A DNA stretch of 64,000 nucleotides from the human T2T-CHM13v2.0 reference genome, Homo sapiens. Position 1 is the stretch's first letter. The number at the start of each line of letters is the position of its first letter. Shown here one piece after another: positions 29,172 to 44,061 of the stretch. Under the pieces are notes generated by a model that saw nothing but the letters and a program-made list of their open reading frames with translations, did no database searches and was not told the DNA's origin. The stretch is taken from assembly GCF_009914755.1 (NCBI RefSeq), contig NC_060928.1. One strand, given 5' to 3'. The translations under genes were made by a program, and so were the position numbers.

Positions 29172-29757
29172 TGTAAGAATATTTTGAATGTGTGTGTTTA
29201 TGCAGTTAAATAGCATGTGTGCATCTCAACTAATCAAATTATTTTGAAGGTATTTCACATGTTAGACTATATAAATCTGCCACTATGTCAATAATCATGT
29301 GAACTATGTAAGTGACATCTCATTTAAATATTGGGATTTCATACATCAAAATGTTCTAAAATTAAGAACTATTTGACTGCAGTGGCTATAAACAGATTTT
29401 TTTCATGTTAGAAATGTTTGTCAATGAAACATATTTAAAGCAAACATATGGGCTGTTAAGAGTCATCTAAGCAAATTATTGTTGAAATATTTTTCTATCT
29501 AAAATGACATTAACTTACATAAATGCAAGTAATTTAGACAAGAATGAATTTTATGTCTTTGAGGTTAACTAACTTAACAGGACATATAGAAAACAACATT
29601 AATATGACAGTAGCTTTAGTACTCAGGTGGGATGCTCTTTAAAGAAAAGGGTAACCTCTGGCATCAGTTCAGTAGACATAAGCATGTTAATAGATGCTGG
29701 CTGACTAGTTAGTACCAAGAGTGACATTAGAGTAGCTAATTAAGTATCTGAAAAAGG

Positions 29758-29985
29758 ACAAATAAAGCTGTAGCCGTTTCTGAATGCCACATGAACAGCC
29801 TCAGATAAATAAATAATAAATATACAAATATTTATTATTTGTATAATAATACATTATATACATTATGTATTATATACATATAAATAATATACAAATAAGT
29901 TTGTATATTATTTATATGTACAGCCTCAGATAAATATACAAATAAAGTCGTAGCCATTTCTGAATGCCACATGAACAGCCTCAGA
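29758..29985. repeat. 48-bp direct repeat (period 180) enclosing AT-rich hairpins
   Basis: ACAAATAAAG(CT/TC)GTAGCC(G/A)TTTCTGAATGCCACATGAACAGCCTCAGA at 29758-29805 and 29938-29985. Confidence 0.9.
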
Positions 29986-32045
29986 GTTCTTATGTCCAAT
30001 CTTAAACTAACACCCTGGTTTTGGCAATCTTTTTCAAACTCTTTGGTTTGTGGAAGAGCTTCATTTGATTATGAAAAAAAATCTTTAAAATTCATGAAGC
30101 CTTTTACACAAAGATAATCTTAAGGTATTTTCCAATATGAAATTAACTTTTAATCTGATAACAAGTAGTATATTTTGGCTAAGATTCCTACAGCCTTTTA
30201 ATATAACTTTGAATATTTAGTGAACTATAATATCTTCTAGGGCAAGTAGAGAGAAAAAGTGTGATTAGGGTCTAAAAGCAAATAAAACTTAATATCCTCT
30301 ATGTGTGCCTAGAATATTAATATATTTTCTTTTATTTTTCTTTTTCTAAAATAATACATGAACATAATTGAAAATATGTAATAAAAACAAAAAACTGGAA
30401 AAAACTGTCATATATGTACTTCTAGGTTTTTTATACATTACTTTTATTAGTTTTACTTGTTCAGTTTTGTAGCTTTAATATATTTAATATTTGTACATGC
30501 TTTAATGTTACATTTTCATGGCTATTTGGTGAGGTGTCATTTTTCAATATTTTAGTTTTGCTCTCGCTCCATATAAATCTATTATACAATGTTTAAAAAA
30601 AAATAAAAAATTAAGATCCTTGATGACTTATTGAATAATAGGATAGATCATCCTCCATATAAGACGACTATTAATTAATCTACAGAAAGACTGAGTAGTT
30701 CTTAATAACATAGAAATACGTTGCACTGGATTTGAAGTTGAATAAGTACAGGATGAAGCCTTGGCTCTGTCACTAACAGAACTTCACTTTTTGCCAGCTA
30801 TGCAACCTCTCTGATGCCTAGGAGAGGCAATATTATGTATATTGATACTCACATTAATTATCCATGAGAATACTTGGTTCATAATACATGGTGCATAATA
30901 GTAATGCAATTAATATCTCTGATCTGAACAAAAACACTGCAGAGATGAAAATAGCTTTTGCTCAGCACTTGGAATTTAGTATATTCATTGAGAAAGAGTA
31001 GACTAAAGGCCCCATAATCTTATGCAGGGATAATTATCCATCATTCATTTATTCTTCAACCATTTATTCTTGTACTCCTGTGCTCAATTCAGGGGATACA
31101 CAAAAGGTGGCTACTCCCATCAGGGACTGTATTTAAGTGAAATAGGAATAGAACAAGTTGAACAGCTCTATTTCATTTTATCTTTACCCTAACCCAATAT
31201 CAGATGACTCAAATACCCTAAGTTCACAAAAGTCTGAATAATTCAGCCATGAGAACTAGTTAGCAAGGAGAAGCAACAGCTAAGAGTGTTTTCTTTAGCA
31301 ACCGGGGGTGACTACTGATGCATAACTGCTGTTCCAGAAAATCACCAGTCATTTCAGAAGGCAGTCATGAGTACAGTCCCCTGGGACAGTGCTTTGCAAA
31401 TTTCAGTTATTCTCATAAGACCTTCCTCAATTTTTGTTATTCTACCTGTCCTCTTGTACAAGAAAAATTTTTCTTAGACTGACTTTCTTTTTTAGCTTAA
31501 ATGTCAGATATTTTAAAGGAGCACTTTATATCACTGCCGTAGATAAGAAAATCACTACTGCCATAAGTAGAAGGTAAACATACAAACATACAGATTGAAA
31601 ATAAAATGGTTGAAAAAATTATAGCTAAGGACAGGCTCTGGGCATAAAGTTCACTCTCTTTGATAGTGTTGGAATTCATGAGGAACCAGAGCTCCAAACC
31701 GAGACATTGTCCTGGAAGTCATCAGGATTGGATAAGTATTCTAAAAAGAAACTGACTTTCTCCCTCTGTGACTGCCTGCCACTATGTCTCCTGGAGATTG
31801 GATCCCTTCCACTGTTCTCCAAAAGGAGGTTTCACTTTCCAGAAAGTTGAAACAAAGTTTTGTTAGCAGCAGGTGTCAGGCACTATGATAAATGCTCTAC
31901 ATGCTTTATCTTCCTTAATTCTCACACTGATTCCATAGGTGGTGTTATCCACGTGTTACAAGCAGGAAATCTAGGCACAACAAGGTTCATTATTTGCTTC
32001 AGGCCATATAGTTAGTCAGTGATAGACCTGGATTTTTAAAATTCA

Positions 32046-32375
<330 letters not shown>

Positions 32376-32805
32376 TCCAAGACAGCCTGACTTGAAAGCC
32401 TGGCCTCTTAACCACTATATGTTTATCTGAAATAAACTTATTTAATTCTCTTGCAAATATATATTTGTGCTCATACCAGAAAGGTTTTCCTCCCGTGTAG
32501 ACATTTCTGTTTTTTAGATAAATAAGGTTCTAGTTTTTTAATAGAAAAATATGTAATATAAAATATTGATATTGTCACCTACTAATAGATCAACATAGAG
32601 ACATTCTTTCCAAGGGATAGAACAGAGAAGCACAATTTCCAGTTGATAAAAGTAAAAATTTATAGAGTTTTGCTACTTTCAAGGTCCTTGGAGGTGAACA
32701 GGAAGCAAAATATCTACAATGTAAGCTAGAAAAATTGTGTCTTTAATGATCACCATTAGGTTATTTAAAAATCATCAAAGCTGTAATACAGTTGTGATTA
32801 ATCAC

Positions 32806-33758
32806 TAGAGTAAACAAACAATCCACAGCGTGGGAGAAAATATTTGCAAACTATGCGTCTGACAAAGGACTAATATCCAGAATGCACAAGGAACTCAAAT
32901 CAGCAAGAAAAAAAAAAATCCCATCAAAAAGGGGGCAAAGGACATGAATAGACAGTTACCAAAAGAAGATATATAAATAGCCAACAAACATATGAAAAAT
33001 GCTCAACATCACTAATTATCAGGGAAATGCAAATTAAAACCACAATGAGATACCACCTTATTCCTTCAAGAATGGCCATAATTAAAAAGTTAAAAAAATA
33101 GATGTTGGAGTCCATGTGAAAAGTGAACACTTTTACACTGGTAGTGGGAATGTAAACTAGTATAACCACTATGGAAAACAGTATGGAGAGTCCTTAAAGA
33201 ACTAAAAGTAGATCTACCATTTGATCCAGCAATCCCACTACTGGGTATCTACCCAAAGGAAAAGAAGTCATTATATGAAAAAGACACATGGACACATCTG
33301 TTTATAGCAGCACAATTTGCAATTGCAAAAATAGGTAACCAACATAAATGCCCATCAATCAATGAGTGGGTAAAGAAAACTGGTATATATACACCATGGA
33401 ATACTGCTTGCTCATAAAACAGAATGAAATAATGGCCTTTCCAGCAAACTCGATGGAGCTGGAGGCCATTATTCTAAGTGAAGTAACTCGGGAATGGAAA
33501 AACAAATATTGTTTGTTCTCAGTTATAAATGGGGGCTAAGCTATGAGGATGCAAAGGCATAAGAATGATATGATGGACTTTGGCAACTCGGGCAGAAGGG
33601 TTGGAGGGGGATGAGGGATAAAAGACTACATATTAGGTACAGTGTACACTGCTTAGGTGATGGATGCACCAAAACCACTAAAGAACTTCTCCATGTAACC
33701 AAAAACTACCTGTTCCCCCCAAAACTACTGAAATAAATATATATAAAAAATAAAAAAT
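32806..33758 (+). mobile_element. L1PB-type 3' fragment
   Basis: ORF2 end (TGGGAGAAAATATTTGCAAACTATG...ATCCCACTACTGGGTATCTACCC) and an L1PB 3' UTR (GATAAAAGACTACATATT...GTACAGTGTACACTGC) with an A-rich tail. Confidence 0.85.
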
Positions 33759-34093
33759 AGTGGATACTGTTACAAATACATATTATAAAATGCCAGTAAT
33801 AAAGAGTACTTTAAAAATGGAAAGATAATAATTTGCATTTCCCTAATGCTTCGCATTCTCAAAGGAACTTTCAAGCTCCCACTAATTGACTCCTAGAAAA
33901 TTTTTCTAATGTGTTATTTGCTTTGACTCATGGAGAAATCTAAACAATGATCATATAAGCCACTTAATCAGGGCTATGCTACAAATACTGTGTGAAGTGA
34001 AGCAGAAAGTATACTGCACATATATCCATTTTACTTCAAAAGGCTTTAGGAAAGGAAGAGAAGGAACTATAGCTGAAAGCAGTGTTCGGATGG

Positions 34094-34607
34094 TGTGGTA
34101 GACAGAACAATGGTACCTCAAAAGTGTCTGTGTCCTAAGCCCCAGACCTGTGAATATGTTATGTTTTATGGCAGAGAAGAATTAAGGTTGCAGATAGAAT
34201 TAAGATTGCTAATCAGCTGACTTTGAGATAGGGAGATTATCATGGATTGTCCAGTTGGGCCCAATATAATCACAATGATCCTAAGAGTGAAAAGGGAGGC
34301 AGAAGAGTGAGCACCAGAGAAATGGCAGCATGAGAAGGACTTGGCCCAGTATCACTGGCTTGAAGCTGGAGGAATGGGACCATTGGTCAAGAACTGTGGG
34401 TAGCCTTCAGAAGCTGAAAAATGCAAGTAAATATATTGATTCCTAAGGCCTATAGAAATAATGTAGCCCTGCAAATATCTGGATTATTGTCAAGTTGAGA
34501 CCCATTTCAAACTCCTAACTTTCAGAACTGTAAGATAATAGCTTGTGTTGCTTTAAACCCACTAAATTTGTGATTAATTTTTTTACAGGAGCATTAGGAA
34601 ACATACA
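34094..34607 (+). mobile_element. MLT1D-like MaLR solo LTR
   Basis: TGTGGTAGACAGAACAATGG...TGTGAATATGTTA...GATAGGGAGATTATC...GGGCCCAATATAATCACA...TAGGAAACATACA. Confidence 0.8.
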
Positions 34608-37600
34608 GATATCTAAACACATGTGGGCTATGCAAAAGCAAGAGTACCATAAATACTGCAGATAGGACCTTCCGCATCAGGCATTTATACACCATCAGTC
34701 TAGTTAAAAAGAAAAATAGATGTAACCATGAAGAAATAAGCTTTTATAAAGTGTGAAGAACATATCAATGTTACCCTTAGGTAGTCATCTTTGGCAAGAT
34801 ATATATTTATACATTATTGGAACATCTTTCAGGAATTCACTGTTATATTTTATTGACCAAACAAAATAAATAAGAATGTCCCATTATTGTTTATTTACAA
34901 TCAGTGGTTTTATCAATTTAATTATTCTCATCAATAATACTGTTGGCTACTGCTGCTGTTATAATTCTTACTAGTACAAATATGTATTTATTTTATCAGT
35001 GGTTCATTTTCCACAAGTGCCAAAGGGGATACAAAGAGCACAGGATTGCTATGAAGTTAAAGTAAATTAATGCTTATAAAGCATCAGAACATTCATTAGC
35101 ATATATTAGGCATTTACTGCATTTTGGTAGCCTTTATTATAGGTATCATGATCATTATCATCATTATTACTGCTGTACGTATCAATGATTGCTGGTCACC
35201 AGGTCTTAAACCAGGCATGCGGGCTTCATATTTTATCTCTACGAATGAGGGATCAGTATCTCCATTTCTTCAGCTCAAGCAACTGAAGCTCAGAGTATAG
35301 GAAGTCACCTAACTAAAATTAAAGAGCTTTTAAATGACAGGGTCAGGACTGTTCCTGAAATGTTTTGTGAAACTTCTATGAGTCTTTGTGCTAGCTGCTG
35401 TGTGCTTCCATTAAATAAGGCCCCATTCCAACCCAAGCCCCCAAACAAAATTTCTAAGACAGACAACTTGTTAGATGTACAAGTATTATTCTAATCTTTT
35501 TAAAAGGTCAGCAATATTATTTTATGGTCTCACTTTATTTTAATATCTTAGAACATGAACCATTTTTAACCCTGGTAGGGAATTTTTTTGAGACCATTTT
35601 CTCCTAGTGGTAAAATTTCAGTTGGGATAGGATCATATGGAACCATAAGGCATAATTTAAAAGCTACTCTCTTATAAAAATAATGTTTACACATTCTAGA
35701 ATATTTGAGGAATAAAAAATGTAAGAATAATATTATAATATACTGCAGCCCTCCACTCAGAAATATTGATAATATTTGTCTTGAATTGTATTAGTTTTTG
35801 TGTATATACATAAAGAAGCTCATATTGTGTTTATGGTTTTGTAATTCTCAATATTGGTACCCATTCATTCATGATACATTTTAAAAATGCCAAACCGTGA
35901 AAAATCAGGGCCATTTGTCAAACAGGGACATTTTATAAAATTCAGATCTTTTTGATTTGTAAATTTTTCAGTTCTGCACTTTGTGATACTTAAAGATTTA
36001 TTGACACTTTCCTTCCAAGACAATACTTTTACATGAACCCTGGGATAAATAAGATAAGAAGATTCCTTCACCACAGGTCTTAATGAGATATTAGAATAAA
36101 CTACTTTGTGTTAAAGTAATTTATAGAAGTCCATTTCCTTTTTATAATATGCAAGTTTTTTTAAGGGCAGGAATTGGGCTTTATAATCTTTTATCTCTTA
36201 AAGTCTGAAAAATTGTTCTTTATAATAATCATTAAATAACTATTACATAAACATATAAACAAAAGTTTAAGTGATTAGAGAATTAATATTGAGGTTTTTT
36301 ATCAACATTATAATACTTATGAATGATTATGGTAAGTTATCTTGTTGAATTTTAAAATACCTGGTCTGAAAATTCCAGTGATGTGTGAGAACTAAAAAAT
36401 GTTAAGGTAATGAAGATTAGAGTCATAGATGGGTAAAGAAGATTATTCTGTGAAATATAACTGGAATTAGTAAGAAGTTCCAAAGAATAAACTGTATCTT
36501 TAATTATATATATTTTTAAGTGTCTGTTGCTGATTTTCAACTTTGATTACAATTATAAAGTACATTAACATAAAGGAATATCTTCAAGTTCAAGTGGTGA
36601 AATGTTAAAATAATAGTATCTTATTTTTACAAACTCAGATTAAAAAATCTAGGGAAACATTTAATATTTGGATTGCTATTTCTCTACACTATATTTAAAG
36701 GTAAATAATTAAGCAGTGAGATTCATTAAATAAAATGAATTACTAAAATTTAAGAATAAATGTAAAACGTTTATTTTTATATATTCTTGACATAGCTCTA
36801 TCTTTAAGACATTTATATGATGTAGAGCTTCGGTTTTTGATGATACTATTCTATGCATTTTAATAGGAGAGAAGAAAATATAAATGATTGGAATATTTCT
36901 CCCTGGTTCTTCATATTCTAAAATCATTTTTTAGAGGTTCACATTTTTTATTAAAATTATGCCTAGATATTATTATATTGCATACTTCTAAGTGTCAAAT
37001 ATTAATCAAAGCAACCCCACCAGGAATTTCCAATGCTTCATTATTTCAGTTCAGAAAAGAGTTTGGTATTCAATCTTGTACAAAATGTTACCCAGGGACA
37101 AAAATAATTGAACATTAATTTTTTTAACTTTGGCTTTTGTAAACAGGTTAGTGCCTAAATTCTGAACTGTGAATTTTCCTAATATGACACCTGGAATGTG
37201 GGAATTAATAATAGTAAAAAAGTAATCTTTGTTAAAGTTAGTATGAATTTAAATACTCTTTAAAAATTGCTTTTATTTAATCACATACTGTATTATAAAC
37301 ACCCCCCTGAATCACCATTGATATTATTTTTTATAGTTTTGGATAAACATCATATTTGTATTTATATACAATATTCACTTCAGAATTGCAATCTAAGTTT
37401 TAGATACATAATGTTAAATATTGTGTTCTTTGTCCGTAAATAGATGATTTGGCCCTCATCTAACAAAAATCACTTTGGTGAATTAAGGTAGATTTTGGGC
37501 AAGTTAATGATTTTAGTGAATTTAATAAGTCACATGTATTTGGTTCCTTAATAAATAACATTTGAGCTATTTCAATTTATTTTCCTCAAAGAAAAAATCC

Positions 37601-37999
37601 TAAAATATTTATTTTCTTTTTTCACATTAGCAAAACTTGAGAAATAAAAAAAATTGTGACTGTAATCATCTACTATGATACTGGAAATACTGTCAGTATA
37701 AAAAAGCCACTATGGTGATTCTCAAACTTGAGTGGACTTAAGAATTACCAAAGTGCTTAGTTACTTGATAATCCTTTCCTGAACCCCAATTCTGGAAATT
37801 CTGATTTGATCAAGTGCCCAAAAGTGGTTCTGATGGGTGTGCGTCCTTGACCGCATTATGTAAAGACAATGTCACTCTAGGAGAAATGTAGTCGTGACCA
37901 AGTGCTGCAGCAGAACTGAGGATTGTTTTAGAGTTACCTAGAATTTTTAGCCCTTGCTATCTTGTAAACTCCATGCAGAAGTTATGTTTACTGTGAACA

Positions 38000-38185
38000 T
38001 AGGCCGCAGGAGGCCTTGGGGAGCTTCTGCGGGTGGTAGGAGACACACTTTGCTAGGTCTGCAATTTCCCTTCTGGCCAACAAGGGCTGCAGAGGATGCA
38101 CACATCAGGAAGAGGGTGGGGGACTACTTGCTTGCTGGTTTTGCTTGCATCTGATGAGTAGAAATTCAGCCTATTCTTTGTTTTG
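38000..38185 (+). other. BANK1: Candidate alternative first exon of BANK1 (non-coding for the main frame)
   Basis: A locally GC-richer unique block in the AT-rich intron ends at a donor TTG|GTATGT (GT at 38186). I recall a BANK1 isoform with an intron-1 alternative first exon that starts at Met31. The 5' boundary is unknown. Confidence 0.45.
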
Positions 38186-41100
38186 GTATGTATATATCTT
38201 CTAGTATATAGCTATTTCTAAGATATTTTACCATTGATACGTATGATATAAATTTTGAGATGATATTTCTTTAGAGGGGTTTGCTAAAGTTATGTTTTAA
38301 TCAGTTATGTTTCCAAAGTGTGACATCCCATGTAACTCTGTACATAAAAAAGCCCTTGAAAGATATTAGTGTCACTGTACACAAATACTTGCCAATGTAA
38401 TTAATTGCAAGATCTCATTGCAGTTAGTTAGGAGTGTATTTATTACATCCCTAACTTACATGCTTTAGTAATACAGGCTAAAAAGCATTCATTTTACAGT
38501 TAAATCTGCCTAAAGCCCATGAAAAGAATTCAGGCAGGTAAAACAAATTTTAGATCTTTTAAGTACTCTGTTTGGGTCATTGCTCTCAAGTCATGATTAT
38601 GCATACTGTCTTTTTTCCACCACTGCCACCATCTTGTGTTCTGGAAAGAAGCTGTTGAATTAAGTAGAGAGAAAGAACAAGGAAACAAGGGAAATGCCAA
38701 CAGAGTTTTCTTTTTCTCGGAACTAGGAAAGCAAAATTAGATTTGCTGGTGAAACTAAAGTTATTCTCTTTTTAATCTGATCAGCTGGTCATATGCTTTA
38801 TCCGTTGAGAACCTCAAGAAACGGACTGGAGTTTTATTTCATTTTGTCAATAATACTGCCTGTGGTATGGTTTGATACTTGAAGTAGAGTTGGCAATAGA
38901 TGATGTGAATTTAAGTCCAGCTTAATGACTTACTATTGGTGTGACCTTGGGCAAGTCTCTTAAACTTTCTAGCTGTGGCTTTAACGTTTTTGTTTAACAT
39001 TTTTGTTTTTTCATTAACTTGAGTTAAAATTCTTTCCTTAAAACTGTAATACTAAGAATGGTATAAAAACACACCATAATATTCATGTGAATGTACTTTG
39101 TATATTATTACTATTGAATGGAATTCAGTGTACTTTGAAATGTGGCACATTTATTATATAATAGAATGTAAAGACACTTTTCAGCATAAGAGTTCAGGGA
39201 CATGTATTGGGTATAGGGGTGAGGATTGAGCAATAAATAACCCTCTTCAATGTTTGAGTTGTTAAGCAGTATTAAGAAATATGACAAAGAATAAGGGAAG
39301 GGGGAAATCAAATATTGCCTTTGTTACTGATGAAGTTGATAATTGGCTCAAATGGCTTATATCTGTGAGAAAGTGGAGTTTATAATGTGAAATCCTAGAA
39401 TTAGAGAGATATACCCACCCAGCCACAGGAGACCCCGGACCATAGGTCAGGAACTGTCAGAACATATGCCCTCATGCTACAGGAGCTTAACAAAACAATT
39501 ACAGGTAAAATTGGGGGACTGACTACAAGCATATTCTGAATCCTGTCCCTCCAGGGTATTTGCCATCTTTTATATGGATGTAATAAAACTGGAAATATAA
39601 AAATTGAGGAGTAAGTAGAAACTACTACTAATTTATCACAAAATAAAATTGTAAGTATTGCACCTGGGATTTTTAAACATATGTCATTTTGAGGTCTGAG
39701 TACTATCATCTACATTTATTATTGGTTAAAATGTCAATTATTTCTTCAAGAAATAATTTTCACTTTTAAATTACACCAACATCCACTAAGTAATTTAAAG
39801 AAGATTCTATTTTCAAATCAGAGATGTACTGAAATTATTATTGATAGATATAATAGATTTGGATCAAGTTCTGACTTTATACATTTTTAGGTTTACAAAA
39901 GATATTTAAAAATTAATAGGTTTTAAAATGTATTTTAAATACTTTAAGTACTCTGTTAAGGAGTTGCCACCAGAGCTCTAGACATGTTTTTTTAAATCCA
40001 ATTTTATGATTTTTACTAATTTTTGTCACACTCTTGTTTTTTATAGTCAAGAATATTAAGGTATAATCTACATAAATAAACTTCACTTTTAAAAGTGTAC
40101 TTCTAAAGGATTTTTAGAAATTTATACACTTTACAAACTATTACAAGTATTTAAAATTAGTCCATTAGCATAATAATGTCTCTGTTCCATGTATTCAAAA
40201 TATCTACCCTAACTACCCTAACTTTTATGTAATTATATGTTTTTTCCTTGAAATGAACTTTTATGTGTTTGTGGAAAGTGCTTTGCCAGAGGACAAGGAA
40301 TTTCCAAGATGAGTTTTCTTACAACCATATAAAACCTATAAAACTTTGATCCTATTGCAGCCTCATCTGTAGCTCTAAAAGTTTTCAGTGGGCATTTGTT
40401 GATCACCGATGTGGTTAAAGGCTTGTTATGCAGGTATAATTGCTCGCAAAGGAAAACTGAGAAACATGAGTTCAAGTCTAATTTTCCTTTGTATGTCACA
40501 AAAGGCATAGGGTCATGTTTCCTAGCTATCTTTTCTTGTTTAGTAATTTAGTTTGTATATTTAATTCTGAAATGAAATGAACATGTCCTTTCCTATTTCT
40601 TCTTAGTTTGTTCAATGTAGTTCCATCCATAGCTCAAGCCATCTTTTCTCTAAATCAAAGTGGTCTCTCAAATATATTACATGAACTTCCATCAACTGGA
40701 AGAATTTCCTTTCACCATGAGTGGGGCTGTGATGTAGCAACCATTCACTTTGGACTGGTGCTGGCATATTTTTCAGAATGATCTGGAAACTAATGCCATG
40801 CTTCTTTTTTTTTTTTTTTCTGTTAACAGGTTTAGTAATTCCTCATGAGGTTACAGATGTATGTTGAGGGAGGAGTGGTAAAGCGGTAAGATTTGGTGTC
40901 ACAGAAGCTTAAGCTACAGGCTCATGGCACTTACTTGTCCCATCCAGAATTGCCTGAGTCTGGTTTTGTATATATCATACTTTTTTCTAATGGAATATTA
41001 TTTCTTACAACCAAATTATAATTTGGTAGATCACATAACACCCAGTTTATTAATGGCCAGTTAGACTACATAAACACTTGGTATAATATAAGCAGACATT

Positions 41101-41424
41101 AATCTCAGTCTGGATCCAATAATAACTCACAAGTTAATTTTCAAATAGAAAGGAGTCAACGGAAGAATAAGGAATGGTATTCCTCCAAAATCTCAGGGGT
41201 ATGTGTTGTGGATCTCCTATTGAGAGTTGCCAGAAACTTAATAAAGCTTTGTTATAAAGCTCAAAGGACAGTGTAGTGTGCATTGCAGCCTGACTGTGTA
41301 GTAGAGCCCTTTTTTGCTCCTACTCAAAACTGGTATTGTTACTGGCTACCCGGTAAATGGGCCCAAATATGTTTGTTTCCTTCAAAATGCAAAGAGGCCC
41401 ATCTAATGGTGAGATTCAATAATT

Positions 41425-41955
41425 TATATACCCAAAGGAGTGTAAATTGTTCTATTATAAAGACACATGCATATTTTATGTTCATCGCAGCATTATTCAC
41501 AATAGTAAATTTATGAAATCAACCCAAATGCCCATCAATGATAGACTGGATAAAGAAAGTGTGGTACATGTACACCATGGAATTCTATGCAGCCATAAAA
41601 AGGAATGCGATTATGTCCTTTGCAGAGAAATGGATGGTGCTGAAGGCCATCATCCTTAGCAAACTAATGCATGAGCAGAAAACCAAATACCGAATGTTCT
41701 TACTTATAAGTGGGAGCTAAATGATGAGAAAACATGGACACATAGAGGTGAGCAACACACACCGGGCCTGTTGGAGGGTGAGGGGTGGGAGGAGGGAGAG
41801 GATCAGGAAGAATAACTAATGGATGCTGGGTGATTAATGCCTGGGTGATTGGATGATCTATGCAGCAAACCATCATGGCACACGTTTACCTATGTAACAA
41901 ACCTGCACATCTCGCACACGTGCCCCTGAACTTAAAAGTTGGAAATAAAAAAAAT
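41425..41955 (+). mobile_element. L1PA (older subfamily) 3' end
   Basis: ATATACCCAAAGGA...AAAGACACATGC...AAGTGGGAGCTAAATGATGAGA...CTATGTAACAAACCTGCAC...CTTAAAAGTT plus an A tail. Confidence 0.85.
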
Positions 41956-41992
41956 TGTCTTTCGGTATACAGGGCTATCCTGATATGCCTTA

Positions 41993-42196
41993 AAGGAAGC
42001 TTGTGCAACCTGAGACCCAGGATGGCTTTGAATGTAGCCCAACATAGATTTGTAAACTTTCTTAAAACATTATGAGATTTTTTTTTTTGCAATTTTTTTT
42101 TAGCTCATCAGCTGTCATTAGTGTATTTTATATGTGGCCCGAGACAATTCTTCTTCCAATGTGGTCCAGGGAAGTCAAAAGATTGGATACCCCTGC
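41993..42196. mobile_element. MER30 hAT DNA transposon
   Basis: CCCAGGATGGCTTTGAATGTAGCCCAACA...AACTTTCTTAAAACATTATGAGA...AAAAGATTGGATACCCCTG. Confidence 0.75.
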
Positions 42197-42782
42197 TATA
42201 CCATTGGCTGTCTAGAAAGACGGATGATATTTCAGGTTCCTGAACTTCAATATGGTTTATCCTTCACACTCTGGCACAAATGTATCATATTATGACAACT
42301 AGAGCATTTGCTCTTTTGCTATGAGCAAGTTTATTTAATCAATTTTATATTTTACATATAAAATTATATACTGTATGGCCTATAGATATGGTCAGTATTT
42401 ATACAGATGTTATTATGACATGGGGCATAGCCTTGAGGTAAGTCAGGGAAAGGTTACTGCTGTTTCTACCAAGTGACTGCAAACTGATTATTATCTTTAT
42501 TCATTGCAATTATAAAGAAAATAATGACTTGATCAATATCCGTTTATAGTTTACATAGGCTAGTTGATTTGCTCCAGTAAATATATCATCTGTGGAATAG
42601 CAGTTAATATGAATACCTGGTTATGTTTATGAAAATCAGCAGTTATTTTACAAGACCCTTTGGCTTTTGTACTGGCAAACTAGAGAGTAAAGCAGAGTTG
42701 TGAAGAAATAACCACCATTATATCTTCATCTCCCAAGTCTTTGTTGATGGCAATAATCTGTAATTCCTTCAGGAATGTAGTA

Positions 42783-43116
42783 CAGTAGTCCCCCTTCTCT
42801 GTGGTTTTGCTTCCTGTGGTTTTAGTTATCCGTGGTCAGCCATGGTCCAAAAATAGTAATATATTTTGAAAGGAAGAGAAAGAGAAACCACATTTTCACA
42901 TAACTTTTACTATAATATACTGTTACAGTTGTTCTATTTTATTAATAATTATTGTTGCTATGCTCCTACCGTGCCTACTTTATAAATTAAACTTTATCAT
43001 AGACATACATTTATAGCAAAAAAGCTTAGTATATATAGAGTTCTATGCTATCTGTAGTTTCAGGGATCCGCTGGGGGTCTTGGAAGGTATTCTCCACGAA
43101 TAAAGAAAGATTACTG
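42783..43116 (+). mobile_element. MER44A-like Tigger (Tc1/mariner) element
   Basis: TA|CAGTAGTCCCCC...TTACTG|TA, with inverted termini and a TA target duplication. Confidence 0.75.
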
Positions 43117-44061
43117 TATTTTTTTTTTTTTTTTTTTAGTTTACTGTGAGAATGGGATTCAACAGTTTCAGATACATATATTTTGCCTTTCCTACAATAA
43201 TAGTCCTCATTCTCTGGTAGGATTCTGACATTTGCTATGTATATGCATTATCACCAAACATTTCTGGCATAAAAAATACCCACAGGATACCTCTGTGGTA
43301 CTCACATGGGCCCACTGGAATCATTATCATATATATACTCAAGGCAAGATGTCATTTATTATTACACCTGACTTCTATAAATTCCCAAAAAATACCATGG
43401 TGGTATTTTCAGTCTTTGGGAATTTTTTATCAGTTAAGACTAGTAACTAATAATTGCTAGAAGATATTCCTGAGTATTCTGAGTATTATTTTTTCCCTAG
43501 TACACGTGCCTTTAGGTCACTCTGACAAAGGCTTGGAGGAAGATTTATGGTACCCATGCTTAGCAGCATAGAAAACCCCTTTTTCAAAGGGACCTGAGCT
43601 CCCCTCAGTCAAAGTCCTCTAAGTCTATAAATTAGGGTGCAGTCTATGAATTTCCATTATAGCAACTTAAGTAAGTTTTTGCACCCCAAACGAGAATTGT
43701 TTTGTTTATAAAGATGATATAGAACCTTCATAGGCTATACATTTCAGGTTTACATTACATTTGTAATCTGTATTACAAATATATACACTATATATTTCAT
43801 TCCTAAGGACCCTCAGATCAATTAGATACCACCACAATACCTGCAGTGAAAAACACTTTGATTATTTATATTGTCTCTAATGATTGAGTGTTACCATTTG
43901 TTCTCTACCAACTCAGACTTCATTATTCTCCATCGACATCAAAAGTTCAGTTCAAAGGTCTAAACCTAATCATTGTGTCTATGCTGCAGAAGACAGACAT
44001 CACAGCACTTTTCATGAATACATTTCTTAATGCTAGCGAAGGGAACATCAGAACACTCTAG

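Noticed and set aside
29758-29985. CRISPR-like repeat-spacer or MITE interpretation of the direct repeats
   Set aside because: There are only two full copies, the spacer is self-derived AT-rich sequence, and there are no terminal inverted repeats or cas-like genes. The context is a human intron.
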